Of a DNA stretch of 64,000 nt, positions 23,900-32,849 are shown one piece after another. The translations under genes and the position numbers were made by a program. Every line of letters starts with the position of its first letter. The first letter of the stretch is position 1. This DNA comes from an uncultured bacterium (GTDB lineage Bacteria > Krumholzibacteriota > Krumholzibacteriia > Krumholzibacteriales > Krumholzibacteriaceae). The stretch spans positions 256,001 to 320,000 of the forward strand of contig CAWFAD010000007.1 of assembly GCA_963813815.1 (NCBI GenBank), read 5' to 3'. The notes under the pieces were generated by a model. That model saw only the letters and a program-made list of their open reading frames with translations, had not been told where the DNA came from and ran no database searches.

Positions 23900-25156
23900 A
23901 TGCGGATGGCGAACGCGTACGACGTTCTCAAGGAACGGGGGCTCATCGAGCAGGTCAGCGACGAGGCGAAGGTCCGCGCGATGCTCGAGCGGCCGACGAC
24001 CTGCTACGTCGGGTTCGATCCGACCGCCTCGAGCTTCCACGCGGGCAGCCTCGTGCCGATCATGGCGCTCGCGAATCTGCAGCGCTGCGGCCACCGCGTC
24101 GTCGCCGTCGTCGGCGGCGGAACGGCCATGATCGGCGATCCGAGCGACAAGTCCGAGATGCGGCGGATCATGCCCGTGGAGGAGATCGACGCGAACGCGG
24201 ATGGTCTCCGGGCGCAGCTCGCCCATTTCATCGATTTTTCCGGGGGCAGGGCGCTCATGGTCAACAACGCCGAGTGGCTGCGCCCGCTCAACTATCTGGA
24301 GTTCCTGCGCGACGTCGGCCGCCATTTCAGCGTGAACCGCATGCTCGCAGCCGAATCGTACCGCATGCGGCTCGAGACGGGGCTCAATTTCATCGAGTTC
24401 AACTACATGCTGCTCCAGGCGTACGACTATCTCGTGCTCTACCGGCGATTCGGGTGCACGCTCCAGATGGGCGGCAACGACCAGTGGGGCAACATTCTCG
24501 CGGGGGCGGATCTCATCCGGCGCGTCGACGGCGGCGAGGCGGAGGCGCTCACCTTCCCGCTCCTCGTGACGGCGACCGGCGCCAAGATGGGAAAGACGGA
24601 GAAAGGCGCGCTCTGGCTCGACGCCTCGCGCACGTCCCCCTATGAGTACTATCAGTACTGGATCAACGCGGACGATCGCGACGTCGGCCGGTTTCTCTCG
24701 TTCTTCACGTTTCTGCCCTCTGACGAGGTGCGACGGCTCGCCGCTCTCGGCGGGGAACGGCTCCGCGAGGCGAAGGAGACGCTCGCCTTCGAGACGACGA
24801 AGCTCCTCCACGGCGAGGCCGAGGCCGAGAGGGCGCGGGACGCCGCGCGATCCCTCTTCGGCGGCGCGCGGGCGAGTTCTTCGCGAAGCGCGCGAACGGA
24901 AGGTGCCGCCCCGACGGTCGAGATCCCGCGAAGCCGCTTCGCGGAAGGGATACCGGCCTTTGTTCTGTTCGCCGAGGCGGGGCTCGCGAAGACGCGCGGC
25001 GAGGCGCGGCGTCTCATCGCGCAGGGAGGCGCCTACATCGAAGACCGGCGGGTCGACGCGGTGGATACCCCCGTCGGCCTCGACGAAGCGAAGGACGACG
25101 CCCTGCTCCTGCGCGCCGGCAAGAAGAAGTATGTACTCGTGAAGCTCATCGATTGA
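23900..25156 (+). CDS. tyrS: Tyrosine--tRNA ligase
   Basis: YVGFDPTA, HAGS, QMGGNDQWGN, KMGKT, C-terminal S4 domain; start 23900 or 23906. Confidence 0.95.
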   Translation: MRMANAYDVLKERGLIEQVSDEAKVRAMLERPTTCYVGFDPTASSFHAGSLVPIMALANLQRCGHRVVAVVGGGTAMIGDPSDKSEMRRIMPVEEIDANADGLRAQLAHFIDFSGGRALMVNNAEWLRPLNYLEFLRDVGRHFSVNRMLAAESYRMRLETGLNFIEFNYMLLQAYDYLVLYRRFGCTLQMGGNDQWGNILAGADLIRRVDGGEAEALTFPLLVTATGAKMGKTEKGALWLDASRTSPYEYYQYWINADDRDVGRFLSFFTFLPSDEVRRLAALGGERLREAKETLAFETTKLLHGEAEAERARDAARSLFGGARASSSRSARTEGAAPTVEIPRSRFAEGIPAFVLFAEAGLAKTRGEARRLIAQGGAYIEDRRVDAVDTPVGLDEAKDDALLLRAGKKKYVLVKLID

Positions 25157-25190
25157 GGGGCCCGTCCCGGCGCTCCGCGCGCGGACCGGC

Positions 25191-26357
25191 CTATCCCCCG
25201 AGAATCTCCATATAAAGCGAGGCGAGATCGTCCGCGTATCTCCGCGCGTCGAAGAGCCGCTCGGCCCGCAGCCTTCCCGCCTCGCCGAACCGCTCGCGGA
25301 GCGCCGAGTCGGCGCCGAGGGACAGGAGCGCGGAGGCGAGGCTCTCGCTCCGGCCGTGCTCGAAGACGAATCCGTTCACGCCGTGCTCGACGATCTCCGG
25401 ATTGCCGCCGACGTCGGAGACGACCGCGGGGATTCCGAGAGCGAGCGCCTCGAGCGCCGTGTTGGAGAGAGGCTCGGGCTCGATCGACGAGTTCACGACG
25501 ACGTCGCATCGCGACATGATCTCCGCGGCGTCCTTTCGGAATCCGGGCAGGGAGATCCGGTCCCCGAAGACCGGGTCGGACGCGACCATGCGCCGGACCA
25601 GCTCCTCCTCGGGGCCCGCGCCCGCCATGACGAAACGAAAGCGGGGATCGGCGGCGAGCACGGCTCGGGCGGCCTCCACGAACGTGAGGCATCCCTTCCA
25701 TCGCTCGAAGCGCGCGAACCATCCGACGAGCGTTCCCTCGGATATCGCCCGCGGGCGCGGGCGGTACGCGTCGAGGTCGATCCCGTCGTGGATCGTACGG
25801 ACCTTGTCCGGGGGGAGCCCCTCGGAGAGGCAGCGTGAGCGCACCGCGTCCGAGACGCAGACGAACCGCTCGACGCGGCGCGCGAGGAACCGGTGAAGGG
25901 GCGTGAGCCGGAAGAAGCCGCGCTGGTGGCTCACCGCGGGAACGCCGCACCGGCGCGCCGCGACGAGCGCGCCGATGTTGAACGGCACGGCGTTGTTCGC
26001 GTGAACGAGCGAGAACCCGCGGTTTCTGATCCATCGCGAGAGGAGAGAGGCGTCCGCCCGCTGCTCCGTCGCGTAGATCTTCGCGCTTCTCAGGAGCCGG
26101 TAGGGGGCCGTGAGCTTGATCCGAGGGATGCGGGCCGGAAGCGGCGGCGGGGGAGAGGGAGACCCTGACGCGCCGATCGCCGCCCAGGTCGCCGTTTCGA
26201 CGCCGAGCGCCGCGAACGCGTCCCGCGCCGGGACGTCGTAGCGGAACAGCACGAACGGTTCGATCCGCGAGCGGTCGAGCCGCTTCAGGGCGTGCAGCAG
26301 CGTGTGCGTCGAGCCTCCGACGACCGGCCCTTCCTCCACGTACAGAATTCTGTGCAA
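25191..26357 (-). CDS. Glycosyltransferase family 4
   Basis: EPLSNTALEA (E-x7-E), SDVGGNPEIV; TTG start. Confidence 0.85.
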   Translation of the reverse strand: MHRILYVEEGPVVGGSTHTLLHALKRLDRSRIEPFVLFRYDVPARDAFAALGVETATWAAIGASGSPSPPPPLPARIPRIKLTAPYRLLRSAKIYATEQRADASLLSRWIRNRGFSLVHANNAVPFNIGALVAARRCGVPAVSHQRGFFRLTPLHRFLARRVERFVCVSDAVRSRCLSEGLPPDKVRTIHDGIDLDAYRPRPRAISEGTLVGWFARFERWKGCLTFVEAARAVLAADPRFRFVMAGAGPEEELVRRMVASDPVFGDRISLPGFRKDAAEIMSRCDVVVNSSIEPEPLSNTALEALALGIPAVVSDVGGNPEIVEHGVNGFVFEHGRSESLASALLSLGADSALRERFGEAGRLRAERLFDARRYADDLASLYMEILGG

Positions 26358-26544
26358 CTCGATATTCTCCCCCCGCGGGTTCTTCTACCTGCTCTGCCGT
26401 TCCGATGCGCCGCCGTGGAGTATAGACGAACGGCGCGGACGGGTCAACCGGCGGCTCGGCGAGGCGATTTTCCTTGTCTTGGGAGCGCGCCGCCGATACA
26501 CTCGGCCGCGTCGCGTTCCCGGCAGCGCCGGGGAGGAGTGGTGT

Positions 26545-27723
26545 ATGTTCTTTCGTTTTCTCGGTGCGCTCGTCGGGCGGCGCCGGTTCATCGGCTGGGT
26601 CACGCTCGTTTTCTTCCTGGCGGGGCTCGCCTACGCGCTCGTGCGCGGCAACGTGTACGAATCGAGCGCGCTCCTTTTCCCTCCCGTGGAAGAGGGGGGG
26701 CAGGGAATTCTCACGGCGTGGATGGCGAAGCTCAACCTCCCCTCGATCATGATGCCCACGAGCGCGGGGGCGACCTCCGCCGCGATTCTCGGAGACATAC
26801 TCGAGAGCAGACGCCTCTGCGGCATGGTCATCGACACCCTCGCGCTGCGGGAGCACTACCGGACGGATAATTTCGACGACGCTCTCCGCAGGCTTCGCGC
26901 GAACACGAAAACGGCCGTCACCGAGACGGGGCTCATTCGCCTCTCCGTCCGCGACCGCGATCCGGAGTACGCCCGAAGGATCGGCGAAACATACATCGCC
27001 GCGCTCGACTCGCTCAATCGTTCCCTTCAGCACGCGCGCGCGGACGAGACGAGGCGATTCGTAGCGAAACAGATGGAGCTCTACGACGAGCGCCTCCGGG
27101 CCATCCGCGCGGGTATCACGGAGTTTCAGGAAAAAAACAACATCGTCGATTTCGACGAGCAGGTGCGCGGCGCGATGGACGTGGCGACCGATCTCAAGGT
27201 CCGCTCGATCCTCGCCGGGATCGAGCGGGATCTCATGAGCGAGTTCACGCAGCGCGACGCGACGGAGCTGCGCCGCAAAACCTCCGAGCACGACAATCTC
27301 GTCCGGCAGCTCGGAGCGATCATGAACGGCGACAGCGCGGGGGTCGTCTTCGTGCCGCTTCGCCGTCTTCCCGCCCTCTCCCAGCGGTACGCCGAGCTGC
27401 GGCGCGATCTCGAGGTCAACGAGCGAGTATACTCCTACCTGCTCGAGCGGTACGAGGAGGCGGGCCTCGAAAAGGCCCGGTCGACCCCGGTCGTGCAGGT
27501 CGTCGACGCGCCGGCGCTGCCGGAAAAGCCCTCGGGCATACCGCTCGCTCTTCTCGTCGCGATCGCGACGGTCGTGGGACTCGTGTGGAGCGCGGCTCTG
27601 GCGGTCTGGTGGGAATGGGTCGTGCGTCATGCGAAATCCTCCGGCGAGGAACGCGCTTTCGCCGATCTGCGGGCGACCGCCGATAGGGACGTCGCCCGAA
27701 TTCGCCGCGCCCTTCGACTCTGA
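26545..27723 (+). CDS. Polysaccharide co-polymerase / chain-length determinant (Wzz/GumC-like, no kinase domain)
   Basis: TM, YES motif, coiled coil, VVDAPALPEKP, TM. Confidence 0.8.
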   Translation: MFFRFLGALVGRRRFIGWVTLVFFLAGLAYALVRGNVYESSALLFPPVEEGGQGILTAWMAKLNLPSIMMPTSAGATSAAILGDILESRRLCGMVIDTLALREHYRTDNFDDALRRLRANTKTAVTETGLIRLSVRDRDPEYARRIGETYIAALDSLNRSLQHARADETRRFVAKQMELYDERLRAIRAGITEFQEKNNIVDFDEQVRGAMDVATDLKVRSILAGIERDLMSEFTQRDATELRRKTSEHDNLVRQLGAIMNGDSAGVVFVPLRRLPALSQRYAELRRDLEVNERVYSYLLERYEEAGLEKARSTPVVQVVDAPALPEKPSGIPLALLVAIATVVGLVWSAALAVWWEWVVRHAKSSGEERAFADLRATADRDVARIRRALRL

Positions 27724-27764
27724 GTTTTCCCCCCGCGTTCGATTTCCCGTCTCTCTTGCCCTTA

Positions 27765-27780
27765 TGGAACACCGCTTGCT
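27765..27780 (+). promoter_or_regulatory. Putative sigma54 (-24/-12) promoter
   Basis: TGGAAC-ACCGC-TTGCT versus consensus TGGCAC-N5-TTGCW. Confidence 0.6.
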
Positions 27781-27834
27781 TGAACCTCGGCGGGAAGGAA
27801 TGCCCGGCGAGGGGGAGCCGCGGCGAAACTGTTT

Positions 27835-29250
27835 GTGATCCATCGAGTTGCGCGATTTCTCTGCGTCCCGGCGGCTCTGGCGCTCTCGGCGGCCGCCTGC
27901 TTTCTGGACGGATGCTCGGCGGTGCCGATCGACCCGTCCGCCGCGGAGCCGTTCATCATGTATCGGCTGACGCTCGCCGACCGCCGGCTCAAGGTCCTTC
28001 ACGTCGAGGCCTCCGTATACGGCCTCGGGAAAAAACGGCTCGTCCTGCGCGCTCCCGAGGACGAATCGGGGCCGTCTCTCGAGCCGATCAATCTCTCCGC
28101 GAGCGACGCGAGAGGAGCCGCGCTAAAAATCCGCGAGAGAGAGGCGGTCTGGAGCATCGAGGGCGCGGGGAGCGATCTCACCTTCGCGTACGACGTCGTG
28201 CTCACGATCGAGGATCCCTATTCGGACGACGTCCGGTCGATGCTGACTCTCGTGGCGGACGACCGCTGCCGGATTCTCGGACGCGACGTGTTTCTCGTGC
28301 CGGACGCCCCCTTCGCGAGCGGGGTTCTCGTCGACGCCGACCTGTTCGCCGGTCAGGGCCTTTCCTCATCCGCTCCGGCGGTCCGCGGGAGGATAATCGT
28401 CCCCGGGATCGAGGATCTTCCGCGAACGATGGTCGCTTCCGGCGCCTTCAGGCGCCTCGAGCGCCCGATGGGGGGGACGATTCTCTCGCTCGCCATAGCG
28501 GACACGTGGTCGTTCGGGGACGAGGAGTTCTTCGACGTTCTCTGCCGGCTCGTCGCCGAGGAGCTCGCGCTCCTCGGACCGCCGCCGGAGCCGCGATATC
28601 TGTTCGTATGCGATAAGAATCCCATTCAGGGAGGCGCCCGCTTCGACCACTACGGAGTCCATTACGGCGGAAGCATGCTTCTCCTACTCGATTCGCGAAT
28701 CGATCGCAGCGCGCTCCTCGACGCGCCCATGGCGGTCATCGCCCACGAGTTCCTCCACAACTGGAACGGCGAGTCTCTCGCCGGAGCGGACGAGTCGTTC
28801 CTCTGGTTCACGGAGGGAGCCACCGTGTACTGCTCCTACCACATCCTCGAACGGGCCGGCGTGCTTTCGCCGAAGCAGCTCGACGCCCACCGCGCTTCGG
28901 TGTGCTCCCGGTACCGGTCGAATCCGTACCGCGAGCGTGTCGCCATCGGAGAGGCCGGTAACGGCGACCTGGGGGACAAGGACATGGTGAACCTGCTCTA
29001 CGACGGCGGGTATCTCGCCGCGGAGGCGCTCGACGAGCGCATCCGGGTCGAAACGAACGGAGAGAGCGGGATCATCGACGTGATCAGGTACCTCCACGAG
29101 AGGTCGGGACGGTCGAACCTCGCCGGCGAGAGAGCGCTCCTCGCCGCCGTGACCGATCTCGGTGGCGCCGATCTCTCGCGCTTTCTCGAGGATCTCATCC
29201 ATACCCCTTCCCCGCTCGCCCTCGCCAACCGGCTCTCGACCCTTGAATAA
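27835..29250 (+). CDS. Zinc metallopeptidase (M61/M1-like), probable lipoprotein
   Basis: AHEFLHNW followed by WFTEG; LLYDGG; LDGC lipobox-like. Confidence 0.75.
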   Translation: MIHRVARFLCVPAALALSAAACFLDGCSAVPIDPSAAEPFIMYRLTLADRRLKVLHVEASVYGLGKKRLVLRAPEDESGPSLEPINLSASDARGAALKIREREAVWSIEGAGSDLTFAYDVVLTIEDPYSDDVRSMLTLVADDRCRILGRDVFLVPDAPFASGVLVDADLFAGQGLSSSAPAVRGRIIVPGIEDLPRTMVASGAFRRLERPMGGTILSLAIADTWSFGDEEFFDVLCRLVAEELALLGPPPEPRYLFVCDKNPIQGGARFDHYGVHYGGSMLLLLDSRIDRSALLDAPMAVIAHEFLHNWNGESLAGADESFLWFTEGATVYCSYHILERAGVLSPKQLDAHRASVCSRYRSNPYRERVAIGEAGNGDLGDKDMVNLLYDGGYLAAEALDERIRVETNGESGIIDVIRYLHERSGRSNLAGERALLAAVTDLGGADLSRFLEDLIHTPSPLALANRLSTLE

Positions 29251-29323
29251 GCCGCCGGGCGGTGGTACAGTCGCTCCGCCACGAACGGAGAATTTCGACG
29301 CGCCTGCAGGGAAAGGATTCGCG

Positions 29324-31333
29324 ATGCATGCACGCCGCCGTATGAATACGATCGCCGCCGCCGGACGCCTGCTTCTCGCCGGCCTCGCCGTCTCCCTCTC
29401 TTTTTCCGGACCGCGATCGGAGCCGCGCGAGGCGCCGCCCTGGAACCAAGCGGGCAGGCGCGTGGCCCTCGCCACGCTCGAGCGGGGGAGCGCGAGGCCG
29501 CTTCCGGGCAGGTACTCGTGGCTGTGCTCCTCGATGGATGTCCGCGCCCTCGCCATCGACGGCGACACGCTGTGGATCGGCACCGAGGGAGGGCTCTTCG
29601 CGATGAGCCTCGCTCTCGACGTCGTCGAGCCCGTCGCCGGCCCCGCATCCGCTTCCATCAGGGCCCTCGCGACCGGGCAGGGCGCGCTCTGGGTGGGTGG
29701 GGATCATTCCGTGAGCTCGCGAAGCGAAGGGCGCTGGCGGCACTACGCGCCGGATACGAACCCCCTGTTCCGGCAGGTCCGCTGTTTCGGCGCCGGCGAG
29801 GGACGGATTTGGATAGGGTCGTTCGGCGCGGGCATGGGGTATGTCGCTGGCGACGCCGCGACGTTCGTTTCGAGCGCCGAGGCCGGAGTCGACCGGCGCG
29901 TGCTCGCGATCGCCGAGCAATCGCCGGAGACGATCTATTTCGGCACCGCGAGCGGGCTCATGATCGCCGATACGAGCGGATGGAAATCGCTGCGATACGG
30001 GAGCAGGCTCCCCCTCGGTCCCGTGGAGAGCCTCGCTTTCGACGAGGAGGGCGATCTCTTTTGCTCGATTCCCGGAGAGGGCGTGGCGATCTACAGCTTC
30101 GGCCGCGTTCGCGCCTTCGGCCCGGGAACGGGGACGCCGGGGGCGAACGTGCGCGCCTTTTCTCTCGATCCCTCGACGCGGCGCATGTGGGCCGCGGGCG
30201 CCGATGGCGTGTTCGTCTACGACGGCACCGAGTGGGCGGAGCAGGAGCTTCGCGGTCTCGAAGGGCACAAGCGCCGTTTCCTCTCTATGAGACACGACGC
30301 GGAGGGAACGTGCTACCTCGGCACCGACACCGGCACCGTCGTCGTCGTCTCGCGGGGCGCCGCACGGGAGATCCGCGTTCCGCAGGCGTTTTCCGAGCGG
30401 CGGACGGCGCGCCTTCGATCGGCGGGCGGAGCGGTCTGGTGCATCGCCGGCGCGGGCGTTTTCGTGAACCGCGGTTCGTTCGCCCCGGCGGCGAGGCCGC
30501 CGGAGCTCTATGCGGAGGAGATGACCGACCTCCTGCCGCTCGATGCCGGCGATCTCTGGCTCGCCACCCGTTTCGGCATCCTGCGGGCGTCGGGCAAAAC
30601 GTGGGAAATCTTCGATCGCAGGAACGGTCTCGCGACCGAGCATTTCGTCCGGGCGGCGAGGGATCCGGGTGGAACGCTCTGGTTCGCGTCGGCGGACAAG
30701 GGAGTCGTTTCGTACCGCTCGGGCGCCTGGACCGCGTATACGCGCGAGAACGGTCTGCCGGCGAACGAGATTTCCGATCTCATCGTGGACGGTTTCGGAA
30801 CGCCGTGGATAGCGACGCGGAGCGGAGAAGTGGCCAGGTTCTCGGATGGAACGTGGGAGCGCGTGCCGCTCCGTATGCCCGCCGGCGCTTCCGCCGCTCC
30901 CGCGGCGGGCGCCGACTCGCTCGGGTACGATCCCGCGATTCGCTTCCTCCCCGACGTGGGCCGCGGCGCCGGGAACGCGCCGGCGCAAGGCGGGGACCGC
31001 CTCGGGCTCGATCGCGCCGGCTCCTGCCTCGTCGCGACGGGCGCCGGAGTGTTTCGCCTCGGCGCGGACGGCTTCGTGCTCACGGAGTTTCCCGGACCTC
31101 TCCGCGGCCTGCGCCCCACCGCGGTGCTCGGATCGTCGCGCGGGGAGCTCTGGGTCGGCACGGCGGGGGACGGAATCCTCGTCCATCGCGGGACGGAGTG
31201 GATCCGCCTCACGGCGGCGAACGGGCTATCGGACGACTACGTTCGATCGCTCTGCGAGGACTCGGGAGGCGTTCTCTGGATCGGCACGCAGGCGGGGGGG
31301 ATGACCCGTTACGCTCCCGCCGGCGGCAGATAA
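29324..31333 (+). CDS. Secreted two-component-regulator-propeller repeat protein, no kinase module
   Basis: Repeated LWIGT-GG blades; NGLPANEI; NGLSDDYVRSLCED. Confidence 0.75.
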   Translation: MHARRRMNTIAAAGRLLLAGLAVSLSFSGPRSEPREAPPWNQAGRRVALATLERGSARPLPGRYSWLCSSMDVRALAIDGDTLWIGTEGGLFAMSLALDVVEPVAGPASASIRALATGQGALWVGGDHSVSSRSEGRWRHYAPDTNPLFRQVRCFGAGEGRIWIGSFGAGMGYVAGDAATFVSSAEAGVDRRVLAIAEQSPETIYFGTASGLMIADTSGWKSLRYGSRLPLGPVESLAFDEEGDLFCSIPGEGVAIYSFGRVRAFGPGTGTPGANVRAFSLDPSTRRMWAAGADGVFVYDGTEWAEQELRGLEGHKRRFLSMRHDAEGTCYLGTDTGTVVVVSRGAAREIRVPQAFSERRTARLRSAGGAVWCIAGAGVFVNRGSFAPAARPPELYAEEMTDLLPLDAGDLWLATRFGILRASGKTWEIFDRRNGLATEHFVRAARDPGGTLWFASADKGVVSYRSGAWTAYTRENGLPANEISDLIVDGFGTPWIATRSGEVARFSDGTWERVPLRMPAGASAAPAAGADSLGYDPAIRFLPDVGRGAGNAPAQGGDRLGLDRAGSCLVATGAGVFRLGADGFVLTEFPGPLRGLRPTAVLGSSRGELWVGTAGDGILVHRGTEWIRLTAANGLSDDYVRSLCEDSGGVLWIGTQAGGMTRYAPAGGR

Positions 31334-31369
31334 CGCCCCGATCGGCCCCGCATGAGGCGGGTTTCGCCC

Positions 31370-31398
31370 TTGACGAGGGTCAACCGCCTCATTATACT
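31370..31398 (+). promoter_or_regulatory. sigma70 promoter with inverted repeat over -35
   Basis: TTGACG-17-TATACT; ttgac-gagg-gtcaa. Confidence 0.7.
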
Positions 31399-31404
31399 GT
31401 AGGT

Positions 31405-31505
31405 AGAAGGAGTCCTATCGAACGATCGCTACCGGTTTCTCGTGAGTCGATGGAATCCCCGGAAGGGGGAGAGGTACCATGAGAAAGCGGTCGGCGGTTT
31501 TTTTT
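31405..31505 (+). ncRNA. Candidate ~100 nt structured RNA (sRNA or attenuating leader)
   Basis: Promoter, long G-U-containing stem 31424-31444/31478-31499, apical CCCC-GGAA-GGGG, T8 tract. Confidence 0.55.
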
Positions 31506-31579
31506 GCCCCCTCGGAAAAATTGCTTGCGCGGATTCCGGGCTGTGATAAGAATAGGTGCCTCTGCCCGGAGGAATCTGT

Positions 31580-32836
31580 ATGAACGAAGCGGCTGGGATT
31601 GTATTCTACGCAGTCCTCGGTCTCGCGGTCTACGCGTACGCGGGGTATCCGGCCCTCCTCTATCTCCTCGGCCTTTTCCGCGGGAGAAAGCCGGTCCGCG
31701 ACGACGCCTTCACGCCGCGAGTCGTTCTCCTCGTATCCGTTCACAACGAAGAGCGGGTCATCCGCGAGAAGATCGAGAACAGTCTCTCTCTCGATTATCC
31801 TTCCGAACGCCTCCGCATCGTCGTCGCGAGCGACGGCTCCGTGGATGCGACGAACGACATCGTCCGCGAGTACGAATCGCGCGGCGTCATCCTCAAGGAG
31901 TTCGATCGACGGGAGGGGAAGAGCGCGACCCTCAACAAAACGGTGCTCGGCCTCGAGGGGGACGTGCTCGTCTTTTCCGACGCCAACGCGTTCTATCGGG
32001 AGGACGCGATCCGGAAGCTCGTGCGCAACCTGGCGAACGAAGAGGTCGGCTGCGTGGTCGGCCGTCTCCTGTATCTCACGAATCACTCGTACGTCGGCAA
32101 GGGCGAGAGCGTCTATTGGCGCTACGAATCGCTGCTCAACCGGCTCGAGAGCGTTCTCGGGTCGGTGCTCGTCGGCACGGGAACGATCTTCGCCGTCCGC
32201 CGCGAGCTGTTCCGTCCGCTTCTCAAGGACGTTGCGAACGATTTCCAGATTCCCGCGGCGGTGGCTTCCCTGGGCTACAGCGTCGTCTACGACGGGGATG
32301 CGATCGCGTACGAGAGACCGACCTATTTCTTTCGCGAGGAGTTCGCCCGCAAGCGCCGGATCATCGTGCGCGGACTCACCGGTTTTCGCGCCCTCCACGG
32401 CGAGTTCGGCGGGGCGTTCCGGATTTTCCAGTTCATATCGCGCAAGCTCGTGCGGTGGTGGATAGGACCGCTGCTTCCGGTGCTCTACACGGCGAACCTG
32501 CTGCTGCTCGACAATCCCGTTTTCCGGGTGTTCTTCGTTCTCCAGAATGTGTTCTACCTGCTCGCCGCCGTCGGCGCCCTGCTCCGGCGCGGCGGGATTC
32601 AATCGTGCATGCTGTTCGTCCCCTTCTACTTCGTGATGGTCAACGCGGCCTCCCTCGCAGCCATCGCATCGTACCTCCGCGGCAGCCGCATGGTTTCCTG
32701 GGAGAAGGCGGAGACGACGCGCGAGTCCGGCGACGGCGAGTTCCGGGCGCCGCGGCTCCACGTCATCGAGGGTAGAAAGGAACGCGTCCCGGCGGCGGAC
32801 CGGGGGGGCGTCGAAACCCTCGAACGCATCACCTGA
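31580..32836 (+). CDS. Glycosyltransferase family 2 (membrane-bound, IcaA/CesA-like)
   Basis: HNEE, SDGS, FSDAN, NDF, RKRRI; C-terminal TMs. Confidence 0.88.
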   Translation: MNEAAGIVFYAVLGLAVYAYAGYPALLYLLGLFRGRKPVRDDAFTPRVVLLVSVHNEERVIREKIENSLSLDYPSERLRIVVASDGSVDATNDIVREYESRGVILKEFDRREGKSATLNKTVLGLEGDVLVFSDANAFYREDAIRKLVRNLANEEVGCVVGRLLYLTNHSYVGKGESVYWRYESLLNRLESVLGSVLVGTGTIFAVRRELFRPLLKDVANDFQIPAAVASLGYSVVYDGDAIAYERPTYFFREEFARKRRIIVRGLTGFRALHGEFGGAFRIFQFISRKLVRWWIGPLLPVLYTANLLLLDNPVFRVFFVLQNVFYLLAAVGALLRRGGIQSCMLFVPFYFVMVNAASLAAIASYLRGSRMVSWEKAETTRESGDGEFRAPRLHVIEGRKERVPAADRGGVETLERIT

Positions 32837-32849
32837 TCGAATCCATTCG

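Noticed and set aside
23733..23900. Glycine riboswitch before the symporter or T-box before tyrS
   Set aside because: The intergenic region is only ~165 bp with divergent promoters; no aptamer or T-box consensus is visible.
20908..28002. Very long ORFs of 890-1010 aa, and similar shadow ORFs elsewhere
   Set aside because: Arg/Pro/Ala-rich antisense or off-frame shadows of recognisable genes, expected at this GC content.
31405..31505. SRP (4.5S) RNA, suggested by size, rod shape, GGAA tetraloop and ffh in the window
   Set aside because: It lacks the conserved CAGG/AGCA symmetric loop flanking the tetraloop stem.
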